Below are positions 7,503 through 15,392 of a stretch of DNA of 40,807 nucleotides, in pieces. This DNA is from Candidatus Woesearchaeota archaeon (GTDB lineage: Archaea > Nanobdellota > Nanobdellia > Woesearchaeales > UBA525), in contig JAAOYH010000033.1 of the NCBI GenBank assembly GCA_018221245.1, forward strand, positions 1 through 40,807, read 5' to 3'. The position numbers were made by a program, and so were the translations under genes. The notes beneath the pieces were generated by a model. The model saw only the letters and a list, made by a program, of their open reading frames with translations. It did not search any database and was not told the DNA's origin. Each line of letters opens with the position of its first letter. The first letter of the stretch is position 1.

Positions 7503-9118
7503 CTAAGAAAAAGCCCGTTAAGAAGAAGGTTGCTAAGAAAAAAACTGTGAAGAAGGTAAAGAAAAAGACACCTAAAAAGAAGACATACAAGAAGAAAGTT
7601 GTGAAGAAAAAGATTGTGGAGAAGGTCAAGAAACTAAGCCCCAGAACAAGGTCTAAGCTACGTGCAGAGAAAAAAGCCATAAAGAAAAGACTCAGGAAAG
7701 AGCTCGAAAAGAGCGTGGTAATACCTAATAAGCCTGTGAAAAAGAAAGTACGCGTATATCCCGTACTTCCTTTGGGGACGAGCAAAAGAGTGGATATGCT
7801 AGTACCCATACTCAAGCAGCTGGTCAAGGACAGCACCATCTCAGACTGGCGAATCAATCTTATCCACGTTAAAAAAGCGAACTTGTATGCGGGCAAGGCG
7901 TTTGAAATAGAGGATATTCTCGAAGCAGAGCGAGAGGACGTCACAGTCACTATCTACACCAGACATGACGACGGCACCATGGGAGAGGCCACAGCACCAA
8001 TCATAGAGACTAAGATCAGGGGAGCAAGGGATAGGATTATGCAGGCTATCAAGATAGCACCACACGCCCGAAGAAAAGCATTCAACCTCCCTGAGGCTGA
8101 AGACATAGAGATGCCTGAGTGTCACGACGAACCCATGCTGAAGACATTCCTTGAAGGTGAAGGCAGAAGCATTCCAACAGCAATATTGAAGGATTCCATT
8201 GACGCGCTCGACGGGCGCAGAAAAATAAAGGTGAACTCCTTCGAGATACTCTCAGGGGCCAGCACCAGCAGAATCCTCAACAGCAATGGTATAGACATAA
8301 GCTTCCACAAGACAAGCGTCCTCATAGAAATTATCCTTTCAGCAAAGGGAGAAGAAGGAGAACAAGAGTTCATCTACAGATCCAGAACAGTAAGTCCTGA
8401 CCAGCTGGACATTCACGCCACACTGAATAAGCTGGCAGACACTGCACACGACGCTTCTGAAGCAGTCGTTGCGGAACCGTTCGAGGGCGATGTGCTCCTT
8501 AGCGGACAAGCAGTCAGAGACTTCTTCACACCCGACGATAACGTGAGCACGATACTGATCCACACCTTTGCCAAGATGCATCTCCTAGGCATGTCAAAAC
8601 TCAGGATAGACGAGCCTCTAGGACAGTTCACAGGCGAGCCGTTCACGATAACCTCTGATCCTACTATACCTCGTGGGCTTCTCACTATGCCTGTGGATGA
8701 CGAAGGTACGCCCCTACACCCTGTGGAGGCCATCAGAACAGGTATATTCACACAACATATAGCCCCTGCATGGGAAGGCCAGACTCTTGGCGTACCCGTT
8801 ACAGGCGCGCTTTCGAACGTTCACGTAGCAGACGGTGCGTCCAGAGAAGAGCACCTGAGAGGTCTGAACTACGTGGAGATTGTGAGCTTCAGCTGGTTCC
8901 TGCCCGATCCTTACTCAGGAGATTTCTCCGCAGAAATCAGGCTCGGATACAAGTGGCTGCGAGGAAAGAAGACACCTTTCAAAGGTGGACACCTCACCGG
9001 AAACGTCTTCACCAACCTGCTCCATGCACGATTCTCCAAAGAGGTAGTTCAGATGGGCTCATACTACGGGCCGAGAGCGATGATGTTCAAAGACATGAAG
9101 ATAATCAAGCACGAGTAA
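7499..9118 (+). CDS. pmbA: PmbA/TldE-family protein with a lysine-rich N-terminal extension
   Basis: Its ATG at 7499 overlaps the tldD stop (ATGA). The C-terminal roughly 440 aa are PmbA/TldD-fold like and lack HExxxH. The first roughly 95 aa are K-rich. Confidence 0.75.
   Translation: MTKKKPVKKKVAKKKTVKKVKKKTPKKKTYKKKVVKKKIVEKVKKLSPRTRSKLRAEKKAIKKRLRKELEKSVVIPNKPVKKKVRVYPVLPLGTSKRVDMLVPILKQLVKDSTISDWRINLIHVKKANLYAGKAFEIEDILEAEREDVTVTIYTRHDDGTMGEATAPIIETKIRGARDRIMQAIKIAPHARRKAFNLPEAEDIEMPECHDEPMLKTFLEGEGRSIPTAILKDSIDALDGRRKIKVNSFEILSGASTSRILNSNGIDISFHKTSVLIEIILSAKGEEGEQEFIYRSRTVSPDQLDIHATLNKLADTAHDASEAVVAEPFEGDVLLSGQAVRDFFTPDDNVSTILIHTFAKMHLLGMSKLRIDEPLGQFTGEPFTITSDPTIPRGLLTMPVDDEGTPLHPVEAIRTGIFTQHIAPAWEGQTLGVPVTGALSNVHVADGASREEHLRGLNYVEIVSFSWFLPDPYSGDFSAEIRLGYKWLRGKKTPFKGGHLTGNVFTNLLHARFSKEVVQMGSYYGPRAMMFKDMKIIKHE
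7505..7633 (+). repeat. Degenerate 15-nt (pentapeptide KKKxx) tandem repeat, about 8 units, coding
   Basis: KKKPV KKKVA KKKTV KKVKKKTP KKKTY KKKVV KKKIV EKVKK, encoded by a purine-rich aag/aaa tract. Confidence 0.8.
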
Positions 9119-9149
9119 ATATATAAACGAAAGGGGGTTCTCCTGAGAT

Positions 9150-9311
9150 ATGCCACGAGACAGCAAGGTCAAGATGCCAAGCTCTAGTGCGGGAGTGCTT
9201 AGTTTCTATGATGAGGAACGCTCTACAATCATGCTGAAACCCCAGCACGTCGTGATTATGTGTGTTCTGGTAATAGTGTCAGTTCTAATCCTTACTTACT
9301 ACTTCAGGTGA
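9150..9311 (+). CDS. secG: Preprotein translocase subunit Sec61beta (archaeal SecG)
   Basis: This 53-aa ORF is not in the supplied track: MPRDSKVKMPSSSAGVLSFYDEERSTIMLKPQHVVIMCVLVIVSVLILTYYFR. It has the conserved SSAG(L/V)xxFYDE motif plus a C-terminal TM anchor, and the SD-like agggggtt lies upstream. Confidence 0.8.
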   Translation: MPRDSKVKMPSSSAGVLSFYDEERSTIMLKPQHVVIMCVLVIVSVLILTYYFR

Positions 9312-9315
9312 AACT

Positions 9316-9654
9316 ATGTTTCCAGGTATGAACCAACGGCAGATGAAGCAAGCGATGAAGCAGATGGGCATCCAGCAGGTGGAGATCGATGCCGTTCGTG
9401 TAATTATTGAGTGCCCTGATAAGAAGATTATCTTTGATACTCCTCAGGTGAGCACTGTTAACATGATGGGACAGAACATGTGGCAAATCGCAGGCGAGAG
9501 CCACGAAGAAGCCCTTGAGACAGCTCCTTCTATCGATGAGGAAGATGTCAAGACTGTGACTGATCAGACCGGCGTCTCTGAGGAGGATGCTAAGAAAGCC
9601 ATCGAGGACGCAGAAGGCGACCTCGCACAGGCTATAATGAACCTTCAGGATTAA
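9316..9654 (+). CDS. nac: Nascent polypeptide-associated complex protein (NAC plus UBA domains)
   Basis: NAC domain MKQMGIQQVEIDAVRVIIECPDKKIIF..PQV and C-terminal UBA-like VSEEDAKKAIEDAEGDLAQAIMNL. Confidence 0.9.
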   Translation: MFPGMNQRQMKQAMKQMGIQQVEIDAVRVIIECPDKKIIFDTPQVSTVNMMGQNMWQIAGESHEEALETAPSIDEEDVKTVTDQTGVSEEDAKKAIEDAEGDLAQAIMNLQD

Positions 9655-10073
9655 CGTCCAGAACTTCCGAACCCAGATTCTCCACGATGGGAGTCATCTA
9701 AATCAGATTCGACCACTTCTACTGTGTTGATTGGCTGCACGAGCAACTGTGCTATCCTATCTCCTTTCTTAATCTCGTACGATTCGTCTGTTGTGTTCAA
9801 GAGAACTATCTTCAGCTCCCCTCTGTAAGTGCAGTCAATAACTCCTGCCATTGTCTTTATTCCATTCTTTGCTGCCATTCCTGAACGGTCCCATACCAAG
9901 CCAACCATACCTTCAGGAACAGCAATGGCCAATCCCGTCGAGAACATACGTCGTTCTCCAGGTGAAAGAATATGGCTTTCGATAGTAGTTAAGTCAAGAC
10001 CTGCATCTCCAGGTCTTCCATATGATGGTAGCACCGCGTCAGGAATCAATCTCTTCACGTTGATTTTCATCAT
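9651..10073 (-). CDS. dut: Trimeric dUTP diphosphatase
   Basis: Motifs GDAGLDL, DRSGMA, GVIDCTYRGEL, GDRIAQLL and HRGESGFGSSGR. The start MMKINV at 10073 overlaps the upstream stop (TAATG). Confidence 0.9.
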   Translation of the reverse strand: MMKINVKRLIPDAVLPSYGRPGDAGLDLTTIESHILSPGERRMFSTGLAIAVPEGMVGLVWDRSGMAAKNGIKTMAGVIDCTYRGELKIVLLNTTDESYEIKKGDRIAQLLVQPINTVEVVESDLDDSHRGESGFGSSGR

Positions 10074-10486
10074 TAATAGCCCTTCATAATCTTCTCGCCT
10101 GCAGTTTCCCATTCCTCGACAAGTCTTGCAATACCTTCATACTCCTGAATGTGACCGATATCACTTGTGTCGTATTTCCTGTAGTCAATATAAACCCCTA
10201 TTCGTTCATTGCAATCCTCGTTTAATCTTTGCGGGGTGTATCTTTGTATGCGTCCTGAACAGTCATCGAAAGAAAATTCTACTACATTCTCTAATTCATC
10301 AATATTGTCTATATCTACAGGTCCTGCTTTTTTCTCTAGCTTCTCCATAAAATCATTGATTAATTCGTCTGAAGCTCCATGAGGAAGTTTCTCAGGTATA
10401 GGAAACCCTTGATATTCTTCAGGAATTCCTGGTGCTATTACTTCTCCATATATGCCTTGAAATACCACTTTTAGTCCTTTTTTCAT
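10073..10486 (-). CDS. Hypothetical acidic protein (137 aa) in the nrdR-dut operon
   Basis: The ORF is tightly packed between nrdR (9-nt gap) and dut (1-nt overlap). I recognise no motif. Confidence 0.55.
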   Translation of the reverse strand: MKKGLKVVFQGIYGEVIAPGIPEEYQGFPIPEKLPHGASDELINDFMEKLEKKAGPVDIDNIDELENVVEFSFDDCSGRIQRYTPQRLNEDCNERIGVYIDYRKYDTSDIGHIQEYEGIARLVEEWETAGEKIMKGY

Positions 10487-10495
10487 ATTTGTACC

Positions 10496-10945
10496 TCATC
10501 TTCTCCTCAACACCTCTCTTAATGCATCCTTGAAATCTTCCGGATCCTTGAAATCCAGATAGACTGAAGCGAATCTGATGTAGGCGACCTTATCGAGGCG
10601 TTTTAGCTGTTTCATGACAAGCTCTCCAAGAACTTTACTACTAACCTCTCCAGATTTTCGTTTCTTGATTTGCTCTTCAATTTTATCTAATGATTTTTCT
10701 ATCTGATCTACAGAAACAGGTCTCTTCTCACAAGCACGTAGTATTCCTCTGCGTAGTTTCTCTCTACTGAAGAGCTGTCTGGCCGAATTTGATTTCACGA
10801 CGAGAAAATTGGTGGCCTCCTGCCGTTCATACGTAGTAAAGCGTCTTGAACATTTTTTGCATTCTCGTCTTCTCCTGAGTGAGCCTTCAGTCTGTCTACT
10901 CTCCAGAACCCGGGTCTCATCCCGTTTGCAGAAGGGACAGCGCAT
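10496..10945 (-). CDS. nrdR: Transcriptional repressor NrdR (Zn-ribbon plus ATP-cone)
   Basis: MRCPFCKRDETRVLESR...RRRRECKKCSRRFTTYE (CxxC...CxxC ribbon) followed by an ATP-cone. The ATG at 10945 overlaps the upstream stop (TGATG). Confidence 0.9.
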   Translation of the reverse strand: MRCPFCKRDETRVLESRQTEGSLRRRRECKKCSRRFTTYERQEATNFLVVKSNSARQLFSREKLRRGILRACEKRPVSVDQIEKSLDKIEEQIKKRKSGEVSSKVLGELVMKQLKRLDKVAYIRFASVYLDFKDPEDFKDALREVLRRR

Positions 10946-11499
10946 CAGTCCTCCGGGAACTCGCCGAAGAAGATGCACTCTACCAACACATGCCCTTTAG
11001 ATGCATTCGTGTGGAATGCTCTGACTTGCGCAGTCGGGATGTGCTGATGGATATTGTCAATGATAAGGACCTTTGTCTCTCTATCCAGATCTCCCAGGAC
11101 GTGCACTATTGCATGCTTCACGTCCCCCATTGTGATGGTCCCATCTATTCTTGAAAGTGCTAGGCGTGCTGCAGAGCTGTCCACTCTGACGCTATGTGTG
11201 TTCCTGTCAAGATCTATCGCTGACGTTGTAGGAATATCCGCAGTGAAGACCCTATAGTCATTCTCTTGCTTGAGAAGTCTCTTTACAAGTGTCATCACCT
11301 GCTGGTTCGTTACAAACGTATCTGAGAATACAGCTTGGAGTTCCTGCGATACGAACTCTTCGTAGATTAGCTGGTCGTCAAGCCTGACTGATTCGAGAAT
11401 CTTCCTAAGTTCAGGAAGGGTCACTTTAGGATCCTTACTCTTTACATCCATTTGGAAAGAAGGCAAGTCTATTTTCACTCTGACGTATTCTCTATCCAA
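10945..11499 (-). CDS. Hypothetical protein (184 aa), first gene of the nrdR-dut operon
   Basis: It has a TTG start behind aggtggtggtg (SD-like). An alternative ATG exists at M17. I recognise no family. Confidence 0.5.
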   Translation of the reverse strand: MDREYVRVKIDLPSFQMDVKSKDPKVTLPELRKILESVRLDDQLIYEEFVSQELQAVFSDTFVTNQQVMTLVKRLLKQENDYRVFTADIPTTSAIDLDRNTHSVRVDSSAARLALSRIDGTITMGDVKHAIVHVLGDLDRETKVLIIDNIHQHIPTAQVRAFHTNASKGHVLVECIFFGEFPED

Positions 11500-11568
11500 A
11501 CACCACCACCTATCGTCTCAAGGTGTCGAGTCGTATTTATACTTATCCTCGACGGGATGTAGCTATTC

Positions 11569-11600
11569 CAATATATCTATATTGAAAATATATATTGTAG
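11569..11600. promoter_or_regulatory. AT-rich palindromes (NrdR-box-like) in the divergent promoter region
   Basis: caatata-tc-tatattg (11569-11584) is a 7-bp perfect inverted repeat. The adjacent aatatatattgt (11587-11598) reads ACAATATATATT on the minus strand. Confidence 0.3.
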
Positions 11601-11658
11601 AAAATAGTATCATTTTTGATACTTCAAGGTTTTTATAGGTGGTTTCAGTCCTGATACT

Positions 11659-11985
11659 ATGTACGGAATAGACACGCTCACACACGACAAATATAAACAA
11701 AGGATTGGACGCACCATCCCCCCAGAATATATGGCGCTCGGCGCAGCTTTTCTGGCCGTGTTCTCAACAGGCATAGCCATTGGTAGAAAGCTCTACAAGC
11801 AGGAAGAGCAACGCCAATCCCAAGTAGACGATGATCGCCTCATTGAAGACTTCGTTAACATACGTCATGCCAAACAAGTAAAGCGCCCATACGGCGATGC
11901 TTCCCAAGTAGGATGGGTCAGGCCCTGCAACGAGGAGCTAAAAGAACTACAATCTACGGAACTTAATGAAGGAGACTACGAATAG
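11659..11985 (+). CDS. Hypothetical single-pass membrane protein (108 aa)
   Basis: TATA-like ttttatagg lies about 25 nt upstream. It has one TM helix (YMALGAAFLAVFSTGIAIG). Confidence 0.45.
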   Translation: MYGIDTLTHDKYKQRIGRTIPPEYMALGAAFLAVFSTGIAIGRKLYKQEEQRQSQVDDDRLIEDFVNIRHAKQVKRPYGDASQVGWVRPCNEELKELQSTELNEGDYE

Positions 11986-12390
11986 AACCAGAATTATTAG
12001 CTGGGATCCTAGGCAGATAAGACAGTAGGCCTTGATAAGGAATAATTCTACCCACGTCAAGTAAACCTGGAAAAGTAGCATTACAGCCACAATTCCCGTA
12101 AGGTACTGCCAATAGTCCTTCTTAGTGAATGCAGTGATCTTCCTCACCAGGTTACGTTTCAGCACGAGCAACACTACAGCAAGATAGGCAAGCATCCCTA
12201 ACAACGCCACAGGAACCCCTAAAAAAGTAGCCCACGGACTCTTATTTACCTTATCACAGTTGATGTTTGCAGAGATATTACAGAAGCTGCTCGAGTCGGG
12301 AGAGTAGTGCAATGCAACACCATAGGCAGCTATCAGTGCCCCTATTACCGCGAGCACAACAATAACCTTCTCAAGGTTCTTCTTCGCCAT
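11947..12390 (-). CDS. Vitamin K epoxide reductase (VKOR) family disulfide-generating membrane protein
   Basis: Loop cysteines CNISANINC, the SPWATFLGVPVALLG motif, and the active-site CLIC (CxxC) in the last TM. I prefer the start at MAKKNLEK; the ORF opens at 12441. Confidence 0.8.
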   Translation of the reverse strand: MAKKNLEKVIVVLAVIGALIAAYGVALHYSPDSSSFCNISANINCDKVNKSPWATFLGVPVALLGMLAYLAVVLLVLKRNLVRKITAFTKKDYWQYLTGIVAVMLLFQVYLTWVELFLIKAYCLICLGSQLIILVLFVVSFIKFRRL

Positions 12391-12527
12391 CGATCGCGTT
12401 GTTGTACATAGGTATTTCTGCCTTCCGGTGACCAGGAACAATACGTAAAAGCTCCATTTTCACGAAAATACCCGGAACATTTATAAATATAATATACTAA
12501 AATGGCTACTAGCATACAGCGATAACG

Positions 12528-12953
12528 ATGTACAGTGACTACACAACTATAGAGGAAGCTGACGCCAGGCTCGGCCGCGTCAAGCCAATTCTGGAATCAG
12601 CCCGGAGACTAAAGAGAGAGATAGAGACAATCGCTGCAGGCTACGATTACGACGCTACACTGCTAGAGCATGAGAAGCCACGCCTCCAAGCCATAGCAGG
12701 ACGCCTCACCAGGAAACTAGAGGCACTAGAGGAGCTCGGCTGCTATGTCCGCGACCTGGACCTAGGCATAGTCGACTTCCTAACACAGTTCGAGAACCGC
12801 GACGTGTTTCTTAGTTGGAAACTCGGAGAGTCGCGAATAAGCCACTGGCACGAACTAGATGAGACATTTTCACAGAGACAAGGCATACTCGATTTAAACC
12901 AGCTGGCTCTCGATTTCGGATTCGAGACACCTTCTATGCAAGAGACAGACTAG
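12528..12953 (+). CDS. DUF2203-family protein
   Basis: N-terminal coiled coil, then LGCYVRDLDLGIVDF...RDVFLSWKLGESRISHWHELDETFSQRQ. This resembles the DUF2203 signature as I recall it from memory. Confidence 0.55.
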   Translation: MYSDYTTIEEADARLGRVKPILESARRLKREIETIAAGYDYDATLLEHEKPRLQAIAGRLTRKLEALEELGCYVRDLDLGIVDFLTQFENRDVFLSWKLGESRISHWHELDETFSQRQGILDLNQLALDFGFETPSMQETD

Positions 12954-13516
12954 TCTTCTGAGATATACACCAATGTTTCTTTAGATATTAGCTCGTAAAG
13001 CTCCATCACATCCTCGTTGCGCATCCTTATGCAACCGTGAGACGCAGGAGTCCCCAGAAGACCTTCTTCAGGAGTTCCATGAAGATAGATGAAACGATCG
13101 TAAGTATTCCAATTATGATCCTCAAGCCCATCTAGCCTAATAACTCTAGTCGTCACAACATCCTCTTCGATATCAGTTTCATCTGTATAGATTTTGGCAA
13201 TCTCTCCATTCCATTCGCGTGCATCCAGAATAGCTCCAAAGGGCACATCCTTGCCGTGAAAACTGCTGATGCCATGAAGACCGGTGGGCGTATGTCCTTT
13301 CCCTTCTTCTTCACCGAACCCATATTTAGAGGTAGAAATAAAGTATTCTCTCTGGACACGCTCCCCATCGTAAAGATACATTCTCTGCTCGGAGCCATCT
13401 ACATAGAGCAGTTTCTCTATAGCACCAGAACTTTTGTACGCGTCAGCTATCTCATCTATAGTTGCCGCCTGCAAAGGCATACATACGAGCAATCCCGCGA
13501 GCCATAGCTTTCGCAT
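12950..13516 (-). CDS. Secreted L,D-transpeptidase (YkuD domain)
   Basis: Signal peptide MRKLWLAGLLVCMPLQAA and catalytic motif HGTPEEGLLGTPASHGCIRMRNEDV (H...SHGC(I/V)R). Confidence 0.85.
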   Translation of the reverse strand: MRKLWLAGLLVCMPLQAATIDEIADAYKSSGAIEKLLYVDGSEQRMYLYDGERVQREYFISTSKYGFGEEEGKGHTPTGLHGISSFHGKDVPFGAILDAREWNGEIAKIYTDETDIEEDVVTTRVIRLDGLEDHNWNTYDRFIYLHGTPEEGLLGTPASHGCIRMRNEDVMELYELISKETLVYISED

Positions 13517-13546
13517 ACTAACAATAATACACCCCACCTTAAGAGA

Positions 13547-13852
13547 TTACTCCCATCTGCTGGCCAACTGCCTATCAACAGCATCAAACGCCTGCCTCAC
13601 AGCCACCAAGAAATCCCAATCATCTTTCCCCGCAGTCACAGTACCTCCAGGGTAGCTGACCCTGACATTGACTGCGTGCCTTGTTCTCTCACCAGTATCA
13701 TTATGCGCTTTCGCGTGCAGAATCACTTCGAAATCGTTCTTGATGTGATAGCCAATCCTGTCAAGATGCTTGTCAGTGAGAGTCTCTAGCTGGGATTGTA
13801 TAGAACGCTCAAGATTGACATCATCCAGGCCAACAAACCTGATTTCACCCAT
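13547..13852 (-). CDS. HPF/YfiA (S30AE, sigma-54 modulation protein)-like ribosome-associated protein
   Basis: 101 aa. The pattern IRFVG..V.L...I...L..L....DRI ... VNVRVSYPGG ... AFDAVDRQL parallels the bacterial HPF layout. Confidence 0.5.
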   Translation of the reverse strand: MGEIRFVGLDDVNLERSIQSQLETLTDKHLDRIGYHIKNDFEVILHAKAHNDTGERTRHAVNVRVSYPGGTVTAGKDDWDFLVAVRQAFDAVDRQLASRWE

Positions 13853-13929
13853 CCAGTGTGTTCAATATGTCCCAGCTTAAATAATTGGCCCTCAGAAACC
13901 ATTTTAACACCTGATTCATTCCTATAACC

Positions 13930-14721
13930 ATGCCAATACCTCTGGAGCCTAAAAGACCTGAAGATCATATCCACACTAAAGAGATGGATGAGAAACGCAG
14001 AACAGATAGTGTGCTCCAATCCGTGAAACGCATCATCGCAGTGCACTCTGGAAAGGGTGGCGTCGGAAAAACATTCCTGACAGTGAACCTCGCTTACGCT
14101 CTCGCTCACCAAGGACTAGATGTAGGAATACTAGATGCGGACATAGACTGCCCTAACGTTCCCAAGTTTCTAGGGATAGACTCAAGCATGTTCTTCTCTA
14201 AGAAGAAGAGATTTCTACCTGTGAACCACCAGGGAGTCAAGGTAGTTAGCATGGGGCTCACCCAAGATGATGAAGGATCCCCTGTACTAGTCAGAGGGCC
14301 AGTGAAGCACAGGATGGCTCTCGATCTTCTCACAAACACAGAGTGGGGTGCCCTAGACATGCTGATTATAGACATGCCTCCCGGGACAGCAGATGTTCCT
14401 CTCAGCCTGTTAGAGTTTGGAAACATAGAAGGCGTCATGTACGTAACAACACCTCAGAAGGACGCGCTGATGGATACCTTGAAGAGCATAAGAATGGGTG
14501 AACAGTTCGGAGTGAACGCCCTCGGCCTGGTAGAGAACATGTCAGGAAGCGTGTTCGGAAAAGACAAGGCAGTACAATTGGCTGAAGAGACTGGCATTCC
14601 TTACATAGGTACGATACCTCTTAGCGAGCAGATAATGCAGGAGAACGAGCGAGGAGATATTGCATTCATGCACCCTGACATGGAATCTGTAGCTAACAAG
14701 ATTATGGAGGCAATCAAATGA
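13930..14721 (+). CDS. Mrp/NBP35/ApbC-type P-loop ATPase (MinD/ParA superfamily)
   Basis: Deviant Walker A SGKGGVGKT, plus DADIDCPN and IIDMPPGTAD. The C-terminal ENMS region lacks the CxxC pair that is usual for the Fe-S carrier members. Confidence 0.8.
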   Translation: MPIPLEPKRPEDHIHTKEMDEKRRTDSVLQSVKRIIAVHSGKGGVGKTFLTVNLAYALAHQGLDVGILDADIDCPNVPKFLGIDSSMFFSKKKRFLPVNHQGVKVVSMGLTQDDEGSPVLVRGPVKHRMALDLLTNTEWGALDMLIIDMPPGTADVPLSLLEFGNIEGVMYVTTPQKDALMDTLKSIRMGEQFGVNALGLVENMSGSVFGKDKAVQLAEETGIPYIGTIPLSEQIMQENERGDIAFMHPDMESVANKIMEAIK

Positions 14722-15392
14722 GTTCAGAACAGTTTTACAGAGCTATGACAGAAGACACAGCTGCATGCGAAGACTACTGTGATCTGTTCAGCTCCCGAAC
14801 AGGCGCTCTTATCGAGAGCGTAATCTATACACCTACCTCTGACATTTATTTCAACCACCTGAGAAGCAACAGACCTCACCTGTTAGAGAAAGGGACACTT
14901 CTTCATTTTGGAGAGCCAGAACCAATAGCGATGTTTATGTACGATAAAGATCTCATAGGCACAAAGACACCTATAGAGATATGCATCACGTCAGGAGCAT
15001 TCCAGAACCTAAGACCTACTGCTGAGATTGAACTGGTGAGCACAGTATTGGAGTATCTACTCACAATGAGTATTCACACATACCACGGAATAAGACTACC
15101 CTCATCTGAAAAACTCTTCAACCCAGAGTTGAAGTCAGCCAATCCTCTGCTTGTCAAGGATTTTCTAATGACTTACGGTGCCTCAAACCACGCGCTCTAC
15201 GCTAGTAGCAGAAAGGAACTAATGAAAACTCCCACCATGGAACATTCCAGGACTCTTTTCAATCGTGCATATCTAGAAGCCTATATGATAGAACCCTCAT
15301 CTGACGTAGATGATAAGATAAAAAAAGGAATTCTTGCCAGGTGGCCACCATCTATTATGGAAGAGGTATTCGAAGATTTGGAAGTGAACTGA
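14718..15392 (+). CDS. Hypothetical protein (224 aa), probable inactive paralog of the next gene
   Basis: Its start overlaps the Mrp stop (ATGA). The segment EIELVSTVLEYLLTMSIHTYHGIR aligns with EQEILSCIVDHEYQHARDFRRGLR of the next protein. Confidence 0.5.
   Translation: MSSEQFYRAMTEDTAACEDYCDLFSSRTGALIESVIYTPTSDIYFNHLRSNRPHLLEKGTLLHFGEPEPIAMFMYDKDLIGTKTPIEICITSGAFQNLRPTAEIELVSTVLEYLLTMSIHTYHGIRLPSSEKLFNPELKSANPLLVKDFLMTYGASNHALYASSRKELMKTPTMEHSRTLFNRAYLEAYMIEPSSDVDDKIKKGILARWPPSIMEEVFEDLEVN

Noticed and set aside
7375-7950. 191-aa Phe-rich ORF antisense to the start of pmbA
   Set aside because: It is the complement of the Lys (AAG/AAA) repeat tract, so the poly-F/L sequence (FFFTTFFLYVFF) is a compositional artefact.
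8770-9126. 118-aa alternative-frame ORF inside pmbA
   Set aside because: It is an Arg-rich out-of-frame product within a conserved PmbA C-terminal domain, and there is no evidence for a frameshift.
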